Shown in pieces: positions 52,130-59,148 of a stretch of DNA of 59,148 bases. A program made the translations under genes and the position numbers. The stretch's first letter is position 1. Every line of letters begins with the position of its first letter. The stretch is from Octopus sinensis (Eukaryota): positions 1-59,148 of the forward strand of contig NW_021832992.1 of assembly GCF_006345805.1 (NCBI RefSeq), in the 5' to 3' direction. The notes under the pieces are model-generated. The model had not been told where the DNA came from. It searched no databases and saw nothing but the letters and a program-made list of their open reading frames with translations.

Positions 52130-53221
52130 CATCATATAATAAGGGCTAAAGAGGGTTATTCTAAAGCCAAATACACTGTTTTATCCACTTATAATCCGCT
52201 TGTTACAGGAAAATGAAACTGAAAACGGGCAACTAACCTTTAGAAATTAAATTTCGTTATCTCTATATTGAATCAATTTCGGACTTAATCTTATAAAAAA
52301 AAGATATATTCTTCTTCAGTAGAACTTTCGATGGGATATAAATAAAATACTCACGTATGATCATGGAAAAAGCACAAGCTAAAAACATAACTACACTTGA
52401 GTACATCACTTATATCTAAAAATAAAAATTCTTTGGTCAGCCTCAGAAAACAACGTCCAGACCTTTCGCCGCTTACACATTGTAATGGTTACAGTCCTCC
52501 TGTAGCAAGCATCGAGTTTACTACTAAGCAATATAGGATGAAGTCCCTTACTCTACAGCAAAGGAATTCATCAGGAAGCGTGGGCAGTATATTTAAAAAA
52601 ACCGTTACGGTTGCAATATACATCATATAATTAAGGGCTAAAGGGTTATTCTAAAGCCAAATACACTGTTTTATCCACTTATAATCCGCTTGTTACAGGA
52701 AAATTGAAACTGAAAACGGGCAACTAACCTTTAGAAAATTTAAATTTCGTTATCTCTATATTGAATCAATTTCGGACTTAATCTTATAAAAAAAAGATAT
52801 ATTCCTTCTTCAGTAGAACTTTCGATGGGATATAAATAAAATACTCACGTATGATCATGGAAAAAGCACAAGCAAAAACATAACTACACTTGAGTACATC
52901 ACTTATATCTAAAAATAAAAATTCTTTGGTCAGCCTCAGAAAACAACGTCCAGACTTTCGCCGCTACACATTGTAATGGTTACCAGTCCTCCTGTAGCAA
53001 GCATCGAGTTACTACTAAGCAATATAGGATGAAGTCCCTTACTCTACAGCAAAGGAATCATCAGGAAGCGTGGGCAGTATATTTAAAAAAAAGTTACGGG
53101 TTGCAATATACATCATATAATTAAGGGCTAAAGAGGGTTATTCTAAAGCCAAATACACTGTTTTATCCACTTATAATCCGCTTGTTACAGGAAAATTGAA
53201 ACTGAAAACGGGCAACTAACT
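52130..53221. repeat. ~490-bp tandem repeat, 2.2 copies, inside (TA)n
   Basis: catcatataat(t)aagggctaaag at 52130, 52621, 53111; copies near-identical. Confidence 0.92.
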
Positions 53222-53313
53222 ATGTATATATATATGTATATGTATATGTATATTATATGTATAGTATATATAGATGTGTATATATATATATATATATAGA
53301 TATGGGATATATA

Positions 53314-53349
<36 letters not shown>

Positions 53350-54286
53350 TATATATTATATATATATGTGTGTATATATATATATATGGTTATATATTAT
53401 AGAATTATATATGTGTATATATATATTATATATATATTATGGTATATATATATATAATATATATATATGATATGTATATATATATGTATATGTATATGAT
53501 ATATATATGTATGTATATGTTATATATATATGTATATATATATGTATATGTATATATAATATATGTATATGTATATTATATGTATATGTATATATATATG
53601 TATATGTAATATATAAGTATATGTATATAATATGTATATGTATATAGTATATGTATGTATATATGTATATGTATATATATATGTATATGTTATATATATA
53701 TGAATGTATATGTTATAATATATATATCTATGGATATATAATATATATGTATATGTATATGTATATATATGTATATGTATATATATATTATGTATATGTA
53801 TATGTATATGTATATATATGTATATGTATATATATGTATATGTATATGTATATATATATGTATATGTATAGTATATATATGTATATGTATTTATATGTAT
53901 ATATATGTATATGTTATATATATTATATGTATATGATATTATAATGTATATGTATATGTATATGTATATATATATGTATATGTATATGTATATATATATA
54001 TATGTATATGTATATGTATATATATATGTATATGTATATGTATATATAATGTATATGTATATGTATATATATGTATATGTATATGTATATATATATATGT
54101 AGAGTATATGTAATTATATATATATATATATATAATATATGTATATATTATATAGGTATATATATATATTGTATATGTATATATATATATGTATATGTAT
54201 ATATATATATGTATATGTATATATATATATGTATATGTATATATATATGTATATATATATATATATGTATATGTATGTATATATAT
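53222..54286. repeat. (TA)n/(TATATG)n microsatellite
   Basis: Direct inspection. Confidence 0.95.
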
Positions 54287-57200
54287 GTGAGAAACCTGCC
54301 CGGGAGGTAAACCCAAGTGCGGGTGCTCCTACCGGCACCAAAAGCTATGGACATGGAGATGAAAGAACCAAAAAAGGAGGAAAAACTAAAACTCAGGCAA
54401 AACCAAAAAACGAAACAGCCAAGGATAGAAGCAAACCATATCCATATACCAAAAAGGATGGAAACAAGCAGCGCACACGGGTATGTAGGTTCTACCTGAG
54501 AGGTGCCTGCCGGCATGGAGAGGAAGGTGCAGGCTGCTGTTTTGCACATCCGGGACCCTGCCGCAGAAACCAACCACCGAAAGGAAAAGGGATGGACCAC
54601 GCACCACCTGCCCCAAAACGGAGGTACGCAGATGTGGTGCGTGCCACAAACCGCAACGTGTTGTGAAAGGGCAGCTGCTGAGCAAGAATCTTTTTTGTGG
54701 CAACACAAAAGATTGTACAGCAGCTAACCTGGCTCCATCAAACTCAAGCTCGCAGATGGGACTACCCACAGTTCACGAGACCACCACAGCAAATAGACCC
54801 AAGGTGGACACCACCGGCAACAGCATACACCTCACCTCGATGCTCTTACTGAACATCAGAGGACTACTAACACACAAGTAACAGGACAAAAGTCCCGTTC
54901 TTGAGAGACTTTGTTGCATGCAGTCAAGCTTATGCATAGCACTTAAGGAAACACACCTGAAACCGGACATAGCGATTGCGGAATTACACATACACAGTAT
55001 GTTGTACTGGACGACGAACAGAAAGAAAAGAAAGGAGTCATGGAGGATGTTGCTATTACATCCGTGAGGACTCACACCCCAGGTCCTTTTGTCATACTCA
55101 AACTTGGTGTGTGACACTCTAATTGTACATGTAAGGCAACTTGGTGTAGTTGTGTGTGCTACATATCGCCCTCCAGATGCCCCAAGCCATATGGGCAAGT
55201 TTGAAGACTGCCTTATAAAAATAGAAGAAGTTCTAGTCACACTAGAACAGCACATAAGTGTACTTCTCATGGGAGACTTCAACCTACCCAATGTCAGATG
55301 GCCCGAGGGCCTTCTCTCCAGGAATGACACAATGTGAACGGGGGACAGGCGAGGTCCCTCCTGAACATCATCAACACCTGTACAAGGAGCAAGTAATACT
55401 CCAACCAGCCAGGGCGGAGGTAACACATTGGACCTCTGCTTCACAAATAATATGGATCTCATCCATAATGTGAAAGTGACACCGACACTACTCTCGGATC
55501 ACAACATGGTAGAGCTGACTATGTACGGGCCAAAGGAAAGCAAGGACATGCAGCCTACAAGAAGTCTCTCAGAATCTTTCCAGCTTAACTTCAATAGGCA
55601 AACTGGAAACAAATTGAGAAAAGAGATCCTTAAACAAAACTGGCCTGATGTCTCTCCTCGCCGGACATCGACATGAAACTTCAACAATTCATGTCTGTAA
55701 TGCAAGCCATATGCTACAAATGTGTCCCAGAGACAAAGGCCACTGTACACAAGAACAAAATCCCCAGACAGAGGAAAATTTTAATGAGATGGCATACAAA
55801 AATTTCAAATCGCCCAAACAAACAAATTGAAAGCAGTGAAAAGTCCCACCTGAAAATAAAACTGTTGGAAATTGAAAAATGTCTACAACTCTCCCATGAA
55901 AAGGAAAGAGCAGACAAAGAAGCCTGGGCTATCGACAACATAAAAACTAACCCCAGAGCTTTCTACAGGTATGCCAAAGAAACAGCTACGGTGCACGGTA
56001 GGATAGGGCCACTCCTTGAAAAGGATGGCACACTCACAGGAAAACCAATGAGGGTAAGTGAAATACTGATGAGCAATTCAAGAGTGTTTTCACTCCACCC
56101 CTGGGCATTTCCAAAAGCAATCAACTGATTTCTTTACCACTGCAGATATAAAATCAGAGGCGGCGACGATAAATTACATCGATATAAAGGAAGACGATGT
56201 AATAAAGGCTATGATGAAATGAAAAACAGACTCAGCTATTCCCGATGGATTCCGGCAATCCTCCTAAAAGTATGTAAGAGAGTCCTAGCAAGACCACTGC
56301 AGTTTCCTCTTTCAGAGCTTCCTTGCAGCTGGCAAACTTCCAAGAAAACTGAAGGAAGGTAAAATATGCCCTATTCATAAAGGAGGTAGCAGAGCGGAGG
56401 CCAAGAACTACAGACCTATCTCTCTCACCTCACACATCAGCAAGGTCATGGAACGAATAGTTAGAAGGAAACTAATCACCTTCCTTGAAGAAAATGACTT
56501 GCTGCCTGACACCCAACATGGTTTCCGACCAGGAAGAAGCTGCTTCACTCAGCTCCTACAACACTATGACTGGGTGCTGAAACGACTGCTCAACCACTCA
56601 AATGTGGAAGTCATATATCTCGACTTTGCAAAGGCCTTTGATAAAGTCGATCATGGAATGATATGTCACAAACTGCGTGATCTTGGCATAGTTGGAAAAT
56701 TGGGAGAATGGCTTCATGACTTTCTGAAGAATAGAAGTCAGGTGATAGCAGCCACTTCCATTAACACGCAAATAATGAGCGGTGTTCCGTAGGGCACTGT
56801 TTTGGGACCACTACTGTTCATAATGGCCCTCTCAGACATGCCCTCAGCCACGCAGAGAGCCACGATCACAAGTTATGCAGATGATACAAAAGTTTCACAC
56901 GCAATACAGAACCCTGAGGACACTAAGCACCTGCAATGTGAGCTGGACGAAATATACAAGTGGGCTGAAAAGAATAGCATGCAGTTCAATGCTGAAAAGT
57001 TTCAAGCTTTATACTATCAGCATGAAAACTTAATGCAATACCCAATGAATACACTGGACCCGGATGGGAGGGATTGCAATCCCAGAGGCACAATCAGTGC
57101 GTGACCGGGTATTCACATGAGTGATGACGCGACCTTCATGTACATGTTGCTAAACTGCAATGAAATGTAGACGGCTGGCTGGATGGATTCTTAGAACCTT

Positions 57201-57880
57201 TAGACAAGAGAACAAGAAACCATGATGGTCCTCTGGAAGACACTTGTCCTAGCCACTTTGACTATTGCTCTCAGCTATGGTCACCATCCAGTGTCAAGTT
57301 GATCACAGAACTTGAGGCGTTCCAACGAAGCTACACGAAGAAGATAGCCTCTGTGAAGCATATGAGCTACTGGGAAAGACTCAAGAGATTAAAGCTCTAT
57401 TCCCTGGAGCGTAGGCGAGAAAGATATGCCATAATATACATCTGGAGATCCTGGAAGGACTTGTCCCAAACTTTGGCATCGAGAGTCACACAAATGCCAG
57501 AACGGGCGCCACTGCGTAGTACCAAGGACTCCAAATTTGCCATCAAGATGTAGGACAAGATACTGTGATAGCCTGGGCTTCAGAGGCCCACAGCTCTTCA
57601 ATATCCTCCCGAAGAAGGCTGAGGGACCTGCATGGTGTAGATGCGGATTGTCTTTAAAGTAGGACTGGATTTCTTTCCTGTCAGGTGTCCGGATGAACCA
57701 ACTTCACGACAGGAGGTGCAGATGAGGGCAGCTGCATCGAACTCTCTCATGCAGCAGATGGCGTTTGCTAAAAAGCATCCGTGAGGTAAAATCGTGTAGC
57801 CAAACCAAATGGCGGTGCCCCAGCATGGCCACAGCTCATTAGCTGAAACTGGAAAAATCAAAATCAAAATCAAAATCAAA
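54287..57880 (+). mobile_element. CR1-group LINE, near full length but disrupted; ORF1 remnant with CCCH finger
   Basis: CRFYLRGACRHGEEGAGCCFAH; LNIRGL, ETHL, YRPP, MGDFNLP, SDHN; NYRPISLTS, QHGFRPGRSC, YLDFAKAFDKV, GVP*G, YADD, LERRRER; (AAAATC)n tail. Confidence 0.9.
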
Positions 57881-57893
57881 TTATATGTATGTA

Positions 57894-57949
<56 letters not shown>

Positions 57950-57950
<1 letters not shown>

Positions 57951-58855
57951 GAGAAAGAAGCAACAAGAATGGATTAGTTTTTAGTACAATTGTTTCATAC
58001 AAAGACAGGCTTTATTAAAAGTTGCAAAAATTGCAGCCAGCAGATAAAAGTGTCCCGTACTCATCAGCTAAAATACATATGCATTTTCCAAACATCTTAG
58101 TGGGTGAGGCTATACTCATGAAGTATTGGAGATAATTTCATTACAAGCAGATTTAGGTTGTAAACTGATTTCCGAAGTTCCTTAATGATGATGCACAGTC
58201 TTATCACAGGTTTTTAAAAAAAGCTTATTAGGTTCACAGAGAAGGTGAATTAAGCCGTAGTGTAGATGTAAATTTCCAGAGATATGAGGAGGAATTTCAT
58301 ACTCACTGACGATGAATTTATCCATGGTTAATCCACAATGAGGTGGGTATCATTTCATGCTATATGATAAGGTATTTGCCACATTACTGTTCAATTCACA
58401 AGACTGTTAAGTTATGACTTCTAAAGGCTGAAGGAATTTTTTGTGGAGCAAAGAAAAGAAAAGAAAGGAAAGAGAAGAAAAGAGACAAGGAAGGGGAAAA
58501 AGAAAGAAAAAGGAAAAAGAAAAAGAAAAAAGAAAGAAGAAAACAGAAAAAAGGAAAAGAAAAAGAAAAAAGAAAGAAGGGGAGAAGAAAAGAAAAATGA
58601 AAAAGAAGAAAGAAAGAGGAAAAAGAAAAAGAAAAAGGGGAAAGAAAAAAGAAAAAGGGAAAGAAGGGAGAAAAGAAAAAACGCCCACATAGAGTGTACT
58701 GTGACAATTTTGAGGGAGGGGAGTTCTAAAGTGACATACTATACAGAAGAATTTGTAGACTGCCTGGCTGGCTTGAATTTGCAAGAATCCAGGAACTATA
58801 AGGAGAATATTAATTTTGACCAGTAAAACAGCTATTTATTGTCAACTTTATACAT
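57950..58855 (-). mobile_element. Second copy of the Penelope 3' terminal region seen at 45055-46000
   Basis: Collinear similarity including the A/G-rich tract and hammerhead. Confidence 0.82.
57979..58073 (-). ncRNA. Canonical minimal type I hammerhead ribozyme
   Basis: Same core and stems as 45083-45173. Confidence 0.85.
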
Positions 58856-58859
58856 ATGG

Positions 58860-59115
58860 AAAATCCTGGAGGGACTAGCACCAAATTTTGGAATTGAGAG
58901 CTGTTCCAATCCCCGTACAGGACGTCACTGTGTGGTGCCAAAGGTCCCGTCTTCCACATCCAGGGTAAGGAGCAGATACTGTAATAGCCTGGGGTTCAGG
59001 GGCCCTTAGCTGTTCAACAAACTGCCAAGAAAACTAAGAGATCTACATGATGTGGATGTGGACATTTTCAAAAAACATCTAGACAAGCTGCTTTCCGGGA
59101 TCCCAGATGAACCCT
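58860..59115 (+). mobile_element. CR1-group LINE 3' ORF2 fragment
   Basis: Similar to ~57440-57700 (YCNSLGFRGP.LFNKLP...IPDEP). Confidence 0.75.
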
Positions 59116-59148
59116 ATATATGTACATATATATGTATATAAGGTATAT

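Noticed and set aside
58396-58826. Lys/Arg-rich and Phe-rich ORFs (also 45625-45843)
   Set aside because: A/G low-complexity tract within a Penelope terminal region

Overview
AT-rich, repeat-dense eukaryotic DNA. The combination of (TA)n fields, tRNA-derived SINEs, RTE LINEs with (ATG)n tails and Helitrons suggests an octopus/cephalopod genome (inference). The only host coding sequence recognised is one 204-nt internal exon of GNPAT/DHAPAT (31318-31521, +), so most of the window is probably intron. The rest is transposon-derived: three long RTE LINE copies plus fragments, CR1-group LINEs, many Penelope-like (GIY-YIG) elements, four Helitrons, a piggyBac derivative and SINEs. Signals not shown by the ORF track: (1) at least 7 canonical or near-canonical type I hammerhead ribozyme motifs, plus several decayed ones, on both strands, in Penelope terminal regions and short retrozyme-like units inserted in (TA)n; (2) an apparent GT-AG intron in the 5' region of two RTE copies that could join an upstream mini-exon to the endonuclease-RT ORF; (3) a PHD-type finger inside the RTE RT region that is removed in frame in one copy. 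All structures were read by eye and no searches or folding were run.
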